From Octopus bimaculoides (taxonomy: Eukaryota), in NCBI RefSeq assembly GCF_001194135.2, contig NC_068982.1:161497363-161538622 (forward strand): a stretch of 41,260 nucleotides of DNA, written 5' to 3'. The translations under genes and the position numbers were made by a program. The notes below the pieces were generated by a model. The model had not been told where the DNA came from, made no database searches, and saw only the letters and a program-made list of their open reading frames with translations. Positions 1 through 10,499 of this stretch are shown piece by piece. The first letter of the stretch is position 1; every line of letters starts with the position of its first letter.

Positions 1-284
1 AGTACAACAGTGTAAGACTACCCTTTCAGATATACTTACATTGTGATTTCTGCAATGTGGTGCATAAATTGTCAAGTAAATGAGACGCATCTTTGCCTCC
101 ACTGATTCACTTGCAAAGTGTTGAGTAAAATTATTTCGTTGCAGACCTCCTTTGGGTCTTTTTATTATCACTACGACACACATAGTCCCCAGTTGGTAAC
201 ATTGATTTCAAGGCCCTCCTAGATGAGAGACTGGCATTCCACTTAATGTTCTATGTTCCATGCTGGCATGGATTGGAGAGTTAT

Positions 285-398
285 TAATGTAGAAATATGG
301 TATCGTAGCTACTAACAGTTGAGGGTTGCGTAGTCTAGACAGCGTTTTTAGATTTCATTATTCTCTTTAACCCGGGCAAAGCTGGGTATTTCTGCTAG
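285..398 (+). mobile_element. Helitron-type 3' terminus
   Basis: GC hairpin CCCGG-GCAAAG-CTGGG (371-386, one mismatch) followed 8 nt later by CTAG|T (395-399), the canonical Helitron 3' signature; 5' boundary uncertain. Confidence 0.6.
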
Positions 399-1002
399 TT
401 ATATAATAAAATATGAAACAAAGTCCATTAACTGTCCAAACAGCTCAATAGATGTTGCTGTAGGTTTATTCACATCCACCACTTTTTCCTCCATACAACT
501 ACCCTCTCCCTCTGATTACTCTGTTTCACCATCACATACTTGTTCCCTTGCACAACTAACTCATCCTGGTCTTTCTATCATCACTTCCTCTCTCTCTTTC
601 TTTGCTATTCATCTTCTTGGTCATATTGCCTTGAGCAAACAGACATACCATTTAGTAGTGAGGACATTTAGTCATAAGAAGTACAAGGCAGCAACATTAG
701 TACTGGTGCCACAATATGATGCACTCAGTACACTGCAAAGTGATTGGTAATTGAACAGAGACAGACTGAGCAGAGACAATATAGTATAAAGAAGACTCAT
801 TAATCTTGTTGAGGACATGGCAAGCTCTTTAATGCTAGTCCCTTAATAAAATGCATCAAGTAGACTCTGTAAAGTAGTTGGTGTTATGAAGGGTATCTAG
901 CCATAGAAACTAATCCAAAAATGAGATGTAGATGTGGTCAACTGATCTGTATATAATTTGTCCAATCTATGCTAGCATAAAATGATAATAAAATGTACAT
1001 AT

Positions 1003-1447
1003 ATAGGTGTAAGTGTGGTTGTGTGGTTCTGAATGAAGCTTGCTTCACAATCATGTGGTTTTGGGGTTGTCCCATTGGGTGGCACCTTGTGCAGGTATCT
1101 TTTACTATAGTTTTGGGTTGACCAAAGCCTGGTGAGTGGATTTGGTAGATGGAAATTGAAAGAAGTGCAGTGTGTGTGTGTGCGTGTGTGTGTGTGTGTG
1201 CGTGTGTGTGTATTTGCATGTATCCTTGTCTAGACATCATGTGATGGTTGTAAATGAATATCATCATCATACAAGTGAAGTTGTCCATTTTCAGTCTTCT
1301 GTGAAAAACAAGCAGAATATTACCTTGCTTGGAAATATGTGATGGTTAGCAACAGGAAGAGCATCTGGCTGTAGAAAATCTGCCTTAAAATAATTTGTCT
1401 GACTCATGCAAGCATGGGAAAGTGGACATTAAATGATGATGAGGATG
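1003..1447 (+). mobile_element. Old tRNA-type SINE (family A head/core) ending in an RTE-LINE-like 3' tail with (GAT)n
   Basis: Head and core similar to 5408-5560 (caccttg..caggtatcttttactatag..ccaaagcc..gtgagtggatttggtaga), central (TG)n; tail ggaagagcatctggctgtagaaa..catgcaagcatggga..ttaaatgatgatg resembles 3980-4132. Confidence 0.7.
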
Positions 1448-1448
1448 T

Positions 1449-1450
<2 letters not shown>

Positions 1451-1489
<39 letters not shown>

Positions 1490-1770
1490 NNNNNNNNNNN
1501 NNNNNNNNNNNNNNNNNNNNNNNNNNNNNNNNNNNNNNNNNNNNNNNNNNNNNNNNNNNNNNNNNNNNNNNNNNNNNNNNNNNNNNNNNNNNNNNNNNNN
1601 NNNNNNNNNNNNNNNNNNNNNNNNNNNNNNNNNNNNNNNNNNNNNNNNNNNNNNNNNNNNNNNNNNNNNNNNNNNNNNNNNNNNNNNNNNNNNNNNNNNN
1701 NNNNNNNNNNNNNNNNNNNNNNNNNNNNNNNNNNNNNNNNNNNNNNNNNNNNTATATATATATATATATA
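1451..1770. repeat. (TA)n microsatellite interrupted by an assembly gap (other N gaps at 14222, 19853, 24120, 28572, 30502, 34106, 35356, 37688)
   Basis: (TA)n on both sides of N run 1490-1751; most gaps abut microsatellites or repeats. Confidence 0.9.
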
Positions 1771-1789
1771 TCTTTCATCACTTATCTCT

Positions 1790-1933
1790 TACTTGTTTCA
1801 GTCATTAGACTGTGACCATGTTGGGGTACCTCTTGAAGAATTATAGTAGAATGAACCAATCCCAGTACTTACTAAACCTGGAACCATGTGGTTGGGAAGC
1901 AAACGGCTTACCACACAGTCATGCTTACATCTA
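1790..1933 (-). mobile_element. Internally deleted family A SINE (head joined to tail)
   Basis: Reverse complement contains the head (gactgtgtggtaagccgtttgcttcccaaccacatggttccagg) directly followed by tail-like sequence (gtactggg..agcaacatggtcacagtctaatgactgaaacaagt). Confidence 0.55.
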
Positions 1934-3237
1934 TACAGACACACATATATTCATATCTGTACATATATAACCCTCAATACTATTCATCATAATATTATTG
2001 TAAGTGCATTATATTTCAAATACAATACTTAGAATTGTTGGAATGACAACAGTATTATACTACCAAATCAAACACATATACACATGATGAGAATGTTAGG
2101 CAAGTTCAGCGACCTGTTATATTTCTCTATTGTCTTACCTATTGAAATGCAACCACACAACACAAACACACACATACATATATAATTATAGTTTTGGAGG
2201 AAAATTGTTTTATAACTGTGTGGGTATGTAACAATAAAACTATATGAAACATCATGTATATGCAGACATACCTGCATATACATACACCCTCATCATATGA
2301 CCATACATACACACATATGACTACACACAAACACATGCCCACATAGATGATTATACCATAAACTACTATGAGAGCCTTTATGCAGGTGCTCAACATGCTA
2401 GAAATAGAAGCTAAATTATTTCCTACTGTCTTGAAAAAGAGGATAGAATGAATAATATGAACCTATATGCACACTTCCTGCAAAAATAGATGGAATAGTC
2501 ATAACTGGAATGCCATTGATCCTAGGTCTGCTTAGTCAGGTTAAATAACAACAACAAAAACATGCTTACACCACACATTCTAACATGAATCCATACATAT
2601 GACTTTATAGATACATAAGCACACATGCACATACACACACACACATAGCTGTAATAAAATTATTTCCCTATTGTGTGTTTGAAACACAGTTGTCTCCTCA
2701 GTCAATAAAAGCAGGAGCCATTCTTAAGGTTGGTTGTCAAAAATCACTGCACTGCTGTCAACTACAGTATTTTTCTGCTCATCACAGTTTCCATAATCAA
2801 CAGTAAACCTATGGTCAAGTGATTAGCCCTGATTAGCTCTGATCATTGGTAGGGCTTAATTTCCTGAGCAGACTTTGAACTCAAAATGCAAAGAATCAGA
2901 GCAGACACTTCAGGACATTTCATTAAATGCTCTGACAATTCTGCCAATCTTCTGCTCTTGATTGGCAATTTATCAGCCCTGGATTGTTGAAAAGCAAAGC
3001 TGATCTCAGCAGGATTTGAACCTGGAGCCCTGAAAGCCGGAACGAATACTGATAGCTCAAATAAATCTGTCAGCTTGATTGACGTATGCTGGAAATAAAT
3101 GGGTAAGGAATACCAGAAAGTGAAGAATCTGGAGAAGAAGGATTAGACAAAGTGATTAATGGGTGAAGCATTAATCAATTTTCATCAATCAAACAACCAA
3201 ATTCTCTCAGAAGAATAAATAAAGAAGCAGTTGTTGT

Positions 3238-3415
3238 TTAAACTCCAGGTTAGCTCTGATCAAGCAGACCTGTGATCAAAAATGTTCAAACCATGATCAT
3301 CCCATATTATGCTCAGTATAATGCATCAAGGTCAACATTATCTAACACATCCTTCCTTTCTGAAGATAGATATGGTTTCAGAGGGACATGACTGCGACTT
3401 TTATCAGAGGGGAAC
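3238..3415 (+). repeat. Interspersed repeat family C (unclassified; related copies near 2380-2550, 6730-6950, 9740-9940, 15780-15950, 21310-21660, 22290-22450, 32920-33062)
   Basis: Recurrent consensus like ctgatcaagcagacctatgatcaaagg..ttccagccatgaccatccc..tatctaggactacattatc..gatttggctgctatttctagc occurs on both strands. Confidence 0.6.
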
Positions 3416-3482
3416 AACCACAGTCATTATATTTGGTCTTGGCGGCAAAATTAAATTAAAAAAAAAAAAAAACTGAACTTAC

Positions 3483-3622
3483 CTATAACGTTGGTAATCT
3501 CCATCATCTTTTTCTTTGTCTGATAGTTGGTTAGGACAGGCATTGTTTCCAAGAAGACTGAGGTATTTTAAGTTAGTGTAAGATGCTTTTAATTTTAAAA
3601 GAAAACTTTCTAAATCAGAAAT
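3483..3622 (-). CDS. LRMDA: LRMDA-like coding exon 4 (ISDLESFLLKLKASYTNLKYLSLLGNNACPNQLSDKEKDDGDYQRY + AG)
   Basis: Acceptor tttccttaacttcaactag| and donor |gtaagt; 140 nt, phase 0 to 2. YLSLLGNNACPNQL..EKD..DYQRYR matches human YLSLLGNVACPNEL..EKDEEDYKRYR (LRR-cap region). Confidence 0.95.
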
Positions 3623-3822
3623 CTAGTTGAAGTTAAGGAAATTTTACAAAAAGGTGGCCCCATATAATATTAGGTAAGTGAAGATTAACATAGAGTAGTG
3701 AAATCATAATAAATTTTAGTGAACTGAAAATCATTAATATTGATGATAATTATTGTTAAGAGGGGAAAGGGAAAGAACTCTGAGATTTAAATTTATTAGA
3801 AATTAATTGGAAGTATTGGCCT

Positions 3823-4132
3823 CCGTAGGATTTTCGAGCGAGATCATTGCCAGTGCCCCTGGACTGGCTTGTGCGGATGGCACATAAAAGACACCATTTC
3901 GAGCGTGGCCGTTGCCAGTATCGCCTGACTGGCCTTCGTGCAGGTGACACGTAAAAGCACCTACTACACTCTCTGAGTGGTTGGCGTTAGGAAGGGCATC
4001 CAGCTGTAGAAACTCTGCCAAATTTAGATTGGAGCCTGGTGTTGCCATCCGGTTTCACCAGTCCTCAGTCAAATCGTCCAACCCATGCTAGCATGGAAAG
4101 CGGACGTTAAATGATGATGATGATGATGATGA
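3823..4132 (+). mobile_element. Young 5'-truncated RTE LINE 3' UTR with (GAT)n tail
   Basis: Nearly identical to sequence downstream of the RTE ORF in the 37454-38462 copy and to 29052-29133; CpGs retained; tail ttaaa(tga)n. Confidence 0.8.
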
Positions 4133-4461
4133 CAGTTGTGAGTGATTCTTACCTTTACTAGTTATGGTGGCAAATTTGGACAAATTTCAATCTTATTAAC
4201 AAGTCCTTAACAAGTCTAATATGTAACTACTAGATTTTAGAATGATTTTGAGAGGATGTGATACCTTTGAATGAAAATTATTTAAAGATTAGTCAATTCA
4301 AAATAATGACGCTCTCAAGGAATGCTTCAAATGATATATATTTGCTGTATCACTAGACACACTAATATACACTCTGTGTGTGTACAGGATAATTCACATA
4401 TTACTATTAATATCATTATATTAATGATATTAATATCATTAATATCATATTTGTTTCTTAA

Positions 4462-4660
4462 AGGAGTGAGCTGGTAGAATCATTAGCACACTGGACAAAA
4501 TGTTTAGCAGTATTTCATTGGTCTTTACATTCAAATTCTGCTGAGGTTGACTTTGCCTTTCAGGGTTGATAAATTAAATACCAGTCAAACATTGGGGGTC
4601 AATGTAATTGACTTACCCCTTTCTTCAAATTGCTGGACTTGTGTTAAAATTTGAAACTAT
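4462..4660 (+). mobile_element. tRNA-type SINE family B, older copy
   Basis: ggagtgagctggtagaatcattagcaca..ttcaaattctgctgaggttgactttgcc..taccagtc.. parallels 4709-4925. Confidence 0.7.
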
Positions 4661-4708
4661 TTTGTATTAGTTTCTTAATATATATTATTATTGTTACTAT
4701 TCATAATA

Positions 4709-4925
4709 AGGTGGTGAGCTGGCAAAATCGTTAGCACAACAGGCGAAATGCTTAGCAGTATTTCGACTGACACTACGTTCTGAGTTAAAATTCTGCCGAG
4801 GTCAACTTTGCCTTTCATCCTCTTGGGGTCGATAAACTAAGTACCAGTTACACACTGGAGGTTGATGTAGTCAACTATCCTCCTCCCCCAAATTTCAGGC
4901 TTTGTGCCTATAGTAGAAAGGATTA
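4709..4925 (+). mobile_element. tRNA-type SINE family B with 15-bp target-site duplication
   Basis: A-box-like tggcaaaatcgttag and B-box-like gttctgagttaaaattc; flanked by identical TTACTATTCATAATA at 4694-4708 and 4926-4940. Confidence 0.8.
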
Positions 4926-5407
4926 TTACTATTCATAATAGTTGTTTTGATGCAAGCATTCTGTAGTATAATTAGTTATGCAATCACTGGCCAAGAGACA
5001 GATATGCTATTTAAGTTCTGTTAGTAGGTATTTCTCTTTTATTATGAACCATTACCAGAGCATCTTTGTGGTTGTTCAGCCTGCTTAAATATATCATTCA
5101 AAATCTCACAAAACTTAAAAAATAGAAGGATACATTGGATAATGTAGTTTTCAATAAACACTAAGTTAGCATGATCATGACTGGAATATCTTTCATTATT
5201 GGTATGCTCAGTTAGAGCCAATATGAAGCTATACCACAAAGTCAGCAACATCTGCTGTATCTTATTATCTGGAATTGTTTGGGTCATTGTAATATCATTT
5301 ATTTATACACACACACATATATAAAAGTCTTAATCTAGAATTGTGTAAGCTTCCAGTTTTCATATTCTAGACATCTCTATTTCTAAGTTCTTATTAGATA
5401 GTTTCTA

Positions 5408-5815
5408 GGCGCAAGAGTGGCTGTGTGATAAGTAGCTTGCTTACCTACCACATGGTTCCGGGTTCAGTCCCACTGCGTGGCACTTTGGGCAAGTGCCTTT
5501 TACTATAGCCTCGGGCCAACCAAAGCCTTGTGAGTGGATTTGGTAGACGGAAACTGAAAGAAGACCGTCGTATATATGTATATGTATATATATATGTGTG
5601 TGTGTTTGTGAGTGTGTGTTTGTCCCCCCAACATCACTTGACAACCGATGCTGGTGTGTTTACGTCCCCGTAACTTAGCGGTTCGGCAAAAGAGACCGAT
5701 AGAATAAGTACTAGGCTTACAAAGAATAAGTCCTGGGGTCGATTTGCTCGACTAAAGGCGGTACTCTAGCATGGCCACAGTCAAATGACTGAAACAAGTA
5801 AAATAATAAGAGTAA
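5408..5815 (+). mobile_element. tRNA-type SINE family A, full length
   Basis: A-box-like tggctgtgtgataag and B-box-like ggttcagtccc, core, central (TA/TG)n, tail gactgaaacaagtaaaa; near-identical to 17737-18194. Confidence 0.85.
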
Positions 5816-7704
5816 ATAACTCTTTCAGAGTTATAAAATCAAAACTTAATAGCAGACACTTTTTATTATTTATGGTCCTTAACAATAATAGTAGGACATT
5901 TTGTAATTACCATTCCAACAGTGTCTACAAACATGTTCATTATCATTGCCAACATGTCATTATCGGACATTGTTTGTGTTATATGTTTGAACTACCTGTT
6001 TCAACTGCTTAATTTTATGTTTCTAGTTCAGTTTCCAATTTACTTACATATCTACAAACTTTGTTGCAATCTTAGCAAAAACTAATTTTTGTTTTGCTAA
6101 GACAATATAATCAATTGTTCCTTTATTGCTTTAAAATATCATTTTACATAGCTTTTGGTAGTCACAGACTGAATTTTGTGCAGATATCAAGAGATTTTTT
6201 CAACTTTTAAACCTAAACTCAGAGCCAGTGTGGTGATTCTTGATAGAATATTGGCCAGCCCAAAGTTATACTCCCTTACTATCAGCCTATTGTCTTTGTT
6301 GAGCATTTTTATGCCATATTTTCTTAATCTTATGTTTTCTTCTCAGAATTCATTTTATTTGTGGGGCTCAAGTAAGGCTGTCTGCTGGCTCTTGTATAAT
6401 TTAAAAACTTCATTAGCCACTTATATGATGACATATAAGTGACTTATTAGTAGGATAGGAACCTACACCACCAAACTATCAAATTCAAGCAGGTCCTTGA
6501 GCCACAGCATACTAACGATTGTGCTCTAATTACTCATACACCCTAGTTCCATAGACCACCATTCCAACGGCTGCAACAGCTCACAGATGAGCCTAATGGT
6601 TAATGTTCAGAAAACTGAGATCATTTGAAACACCCTTTACTTTCTCAAGACATCTCCTGTTTCAGAATCCTGGTCAGTGTCATTTCCATTATTATTGTTC
6701 AGGAAATTCATAACAGCCTCAGATAGGCCACAAATTTGAGAAAGATTCAGCTATTTCTAGCAGACTGAGTGACCACATTGGGAATAAACACGATGAATTT
6801 GATCAGTTATATTTCCTGCTTTCCACAAAAGTGAGAAGTTGTGTCCTAGTCATGACCATCTTCTTTTCTATAGACATTATCCAAAGTATTTTTTTTTAAA
6901 GATAGTGGGACATTTGTTGGTCACTTCCAGCAGTTTGAGTAACAGTGTAGAGGTTTGTTCATTGAGTTGAATTAAGGGCCCCTGTTGATAAGCTTATCAC
7001 TAGATAGTGTGCTGTTATATTGCCATCAAGTTTCTATTAACAAAGGAGTAGTTAATCCCAGCACTACAAGCTATATATGACAGTGAAATGTATCATTTGA
7101 CAATGATACATATCACCAGTCAGTTGAGTTTCACCTTCACATAATATCAATATAAAGTTAAATAACCTTTACTTGTTAATGGTAGACATAAGCAGCTAAA
7201 TGTACAGTTAGGTGATAGTGACAGGACAAAAATTGCTAATCTTTTAAATAGTTTCAATAGTTAAGTTAATGTTAACATATTTAATGTTTGGAGTATTAAA
7301 AAGCTAATTAGAAATGAATGTGTAGATAGGAAAAAAAGAATATTAGCCAATGGTTAATATGATTTTCATCTTACTGGTAAGCATGGGAGATAATGGTGGA
7401 CACATATTGAGTTTATAAATGAAGAAAGACTTCACCATTAAAAGAATAACAAAGTGAATGAATGTATAAGGCTGGATATTCATTGATGCAAAAAAGTAGA
7501 ATTGTTTACAAAATAAATATCTCAGTTATGCCACCCACATAAAAAACAGTTAAGTTAGTGTTAATATATTTAAAGCAACAATTTGGTTTGAGGCTAAAAT
7601 ACAAGTCCTAAATAAATGATATAGGAAACATGATAGACTAAGTGAAAAAAATGAAATTACAAAATTGTAAAAGCAGGAATCAATTTAAAAAAAAAAAAGG
7701 ATAC

Positions 7705-7831
7705 ATTATTTTTATTTAAAGTTAAAGTATGCAGTGAATTTAAAGCTGGGAACTCTGTGTCATCATCAATCCAGTTGTTATCTAACACTAATTCTTCCAA
7801 GTCTGTAAAATTTTCTAAACCTTTTAATGTA
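7705..7831 (-). CDS. LRMDA: LRMDA-like coding exon 3 ((Y)TLKGLENFTDLEELVLDNNWIDDDTEFPALNSLHTLTLNKNN)
   Basis: Acceptor cattctattttatatttcag| and donor |gtatcc; 127 nt, phase 2 to 0. Its first T completes TAT with exon 2. Two LRRs (LEELVLDNN, LHTLTLNKN) match human SLEELILDNNQL and LHTLTLNKNR. Confidence 0.95.
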
Positions 7832-8780
7832 CTGAAATATAAAATAGAATGTTAGTGGTGAAGATAGGACATAAAACATAAGGAATGATGGTGGTGAAAG
7901 TAGGACAATGTAGATAGTTATGAAAATATGAAATTTAAAAGAAAGAATGGGGAGAGACAGAGAGAGAGAGAGAGAGAGATAAATGACAAACTGACTTATA
8001 AATAAAGCTTTATACCATGATATCATTCAAGTATGTGATATTATGGTGTTATCTCATACATGTTGATATGTGTGCATGCACGTGCACAAGATAACCAGCA
8101 TTACAAACCTATATGTAAAAATTTGTAATCTAGTACTATATACATAACTTTGTCAAAAAGAGAGGAGGAATCTGATCTTTTTTGGAATTGTTCCTTCAGT
8201 TAAGTCTACCAGACTAATTACCATCATCTTTTAACATCCATCTTCTATACTGGCATGGCTTGGACAGTTTGACAAGATCTTATGAGTCTAGAGGATCCAT
8301 AAGACTTTGTCAAACACTGTGCTCCTATGTCTGCTTTGGCACGGTTTCTATAGCTGGATACTCTTCCTAACATCAGCTACTTTACATCTGTAAAGTGGTT
8401 GGTGTTACTGTGTTGGGTGTTTTTTTTTCTCATGACACCAGCACTAGTGAGATCACTAATAGCAACACTTTGGTATAATTTGAGATAGAATGATTGACAG
8501 ACATTCTGTAGTGTTGAAATTGGTAACACAGTCACCTGGCAAGTATGGTTTGGAGATTCCATCATTGAGCCTTTTTCTCTTTCTTGTTTTAAATTGAATT
8601 TTATGATACCTAATATGACTTTATGTTAAAAATCTTACCAGTTAAGGTAGAGAGAGAGAGAGAAAGATAGAGAGACATGCACACAAACAGACAGACAGCT
8701 ATAATGTGTACGTGTATGCAAATGAATGTGCATAATCTGTTTCAGAGAAATGGAAGAGAAACTAAGATAGTACAACTTAC

Positions 8781-8881
8781 TACAGTAGATTATAACTAAG
8801 ATCCAGACGTGTGGTTTTCGTACAGAAACTTTCAATTAATTTTCCTGGGATAACATGAACATCATTGCAGGCATATGTCAA
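8781..8881 (-). CDS. LRMDA: LRMDA-like coding exon 2 (LTYACNDVHVIPGKLIESFCTKTTRLDLSYNLL + TA of split Tyr)
   Basis: Acceptor tttctatttttattatcttttcgctccatctacag| and donor |gtaagt; 101 nt, phase 0 to 2; LRR motif RLDLSYNLL matches human KRLDLSFNLL. Confidence 0.95.
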
Positions 8882-9282
8882 CTGTAGATGGAGCGAAAAG
8901 ATAATAAAAATAGAAACAATTCAATTAACAAAAAATTGCTGCAACAATAAGTCATAAGCGAAAGATCAGAGATCACAATATATTATTTATGTCGTAAGAA
9001 TTTAGGTAAAATAATTTGTTTCTAACTGAAGAACTCAAAAGAGAAAGTTATAAAGAATAGTATGTAAACATTGGGTTGGAAACTCTTTTGAGTAGAAAAA
9101 AGATCAGTCTCATAAGCAGCCTTTGACTTTTGCTATTATTTATAGCTTTATCTACTTTGAGTTCTACAGTTGAAAACTGTAATAATATATAATATTTAAC
9201 TGAATTAAATAAGAAAATCTAGATGCTAATTAAAAAAAAACAAAAAAACTCATAGTGTTTCTTTTCTTGTTTGAAATTTTTG

Positions 9283-9715
9283 CCCACTATTATCACGGTA
9301 AAGGAATCTCTATGTAACACTACCACAGTGGGGAACTTTCTAACCACCATTATCACAGTGGGGACATCTCTGCCTCACTATTACCACAGTGGGAGAGTCT
9401 CTATCCACCTTAAGCATAGTGGGAAAGACTCTGTTCATCATTATCACAAAAAAGGGGAGCCTTTATCCATCGCTACCACCATAAAGAAGTTCTACTCACT
9501 ATTACCACAGCAATAGAGCCTCTACCACCTATTACCTACCATTACCACAATAGAAGAGCTTCTACCTATCATTACCATTGTAAGGGAGTCTTTACTCAAC
9601 ATTACCACAATAAGATGCTTCTACCCATCATTGCAACAGTAAGGGAGTTTCTATACAGTAAGTGAGTTTCAATACTGCAACATGGAGATTCTACCTTTTA
9701 CCACTGTAAGGATGC
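9283..9715. repeat. Degenerate ~30-bp minisatellite (about 14 units; consensus like ccactattaccacagtggggagtctcta)
   Basis: Motif attaccacagt/attatcacagt recurs at about 30-nt spacing. Confidence 0.8.
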
Positions 9716-10499
9716 TTATATCTGTCTTTATAATAAGACAATGAAGGAGACTTTAGTTGCTCAACCTGATAAAAAAAGCAACTGAATCAAAAGTCAATGT
9801 TTCAAAAATCATATCTAATTTTTAAAATTGGATAATGCCAATCTAAATACCCTGTGTGTGAGTAGAAGACAGGATAGTTAAAACAGGAACCACTTTAATC
9901 AGAAGTCTAAGTGTGATCTGAGGCAAAACAATAACAATGGCAACAACTACTAACACTAAATCTTCCGTTCCTTCTTATTTACCACAGAGATATTAACAAA
10001 TTCAACTGAAGGCCTGTTGTTAACGTCCCACAACTAGGTCTAATAAATATCTGTAAAGTTATTTACAATGATGTAACAACCTACAATAATTCCTTAAACA
10101 CTACAATGAAATTTCAAATCATAGTGTACATAAATGCAGTTATATATTAATAGAATACTATAAACATAAAAATAATAAAAATAACAACAAACAATTATTG
10201 TTGTTGCTATAATTGTTGTTATAATTCTGTCTGATACAAGATTACAATGGAGCATTATAATTGACCTAGTTGTATTATTAATTAAAACAAAATCACTAAC
10301 ATTGAGTGTAGTTTTTTGATTTAGCCTTGTTTAAGTTATGTATGGGAACCTTTCCAACCCAAATAGAAAAGTTTAGTTTTTAGCTATTAAAAGTAGAAAA
10401 AAAAAGAAAAAGAAAATAAACTAAGAATAGTAAGGTCATATTATTTATTACAAACAATATTATTTTCAAGGAAATATAAATTTAGATTACTTTTTATAT

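Noticed and set aside
40-2283. Possible LRMDA exon 5 candidates (open stretch at about 40-170; acceptor-like site near 2140)
   Set aside because: Neither translation resembles the expected FVLYxLPxLKFLD segment in the required phase.
5042-5287. 81-aa ORF in intron 3
   Set aside because: No homology recognised, no splice compatibility with LRMDA, length within random expectation.
5865-6085. Plus-strand reading NMFIIIANMSLSDIVCVI resembling GPCR TM2
   Set aside because: No other GPCR helices or convincing splice context; hydrophobic reading is expected from the antisense of A-rich decayed repeat DNA.
6071-6441. Short perfect hairpins at 6071-6101 and 6418-6441 (also 40821-40844)
   Set aside because: 10-11-bp stems in AT-rich DNA are roughly expected by chance in 41 kb; no supporting context.
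9271-9516. Thr-rich mucin-like ORF
   Set aside because: By-product of the 30-bp minisatellite; no splice or start context, and stops follow.
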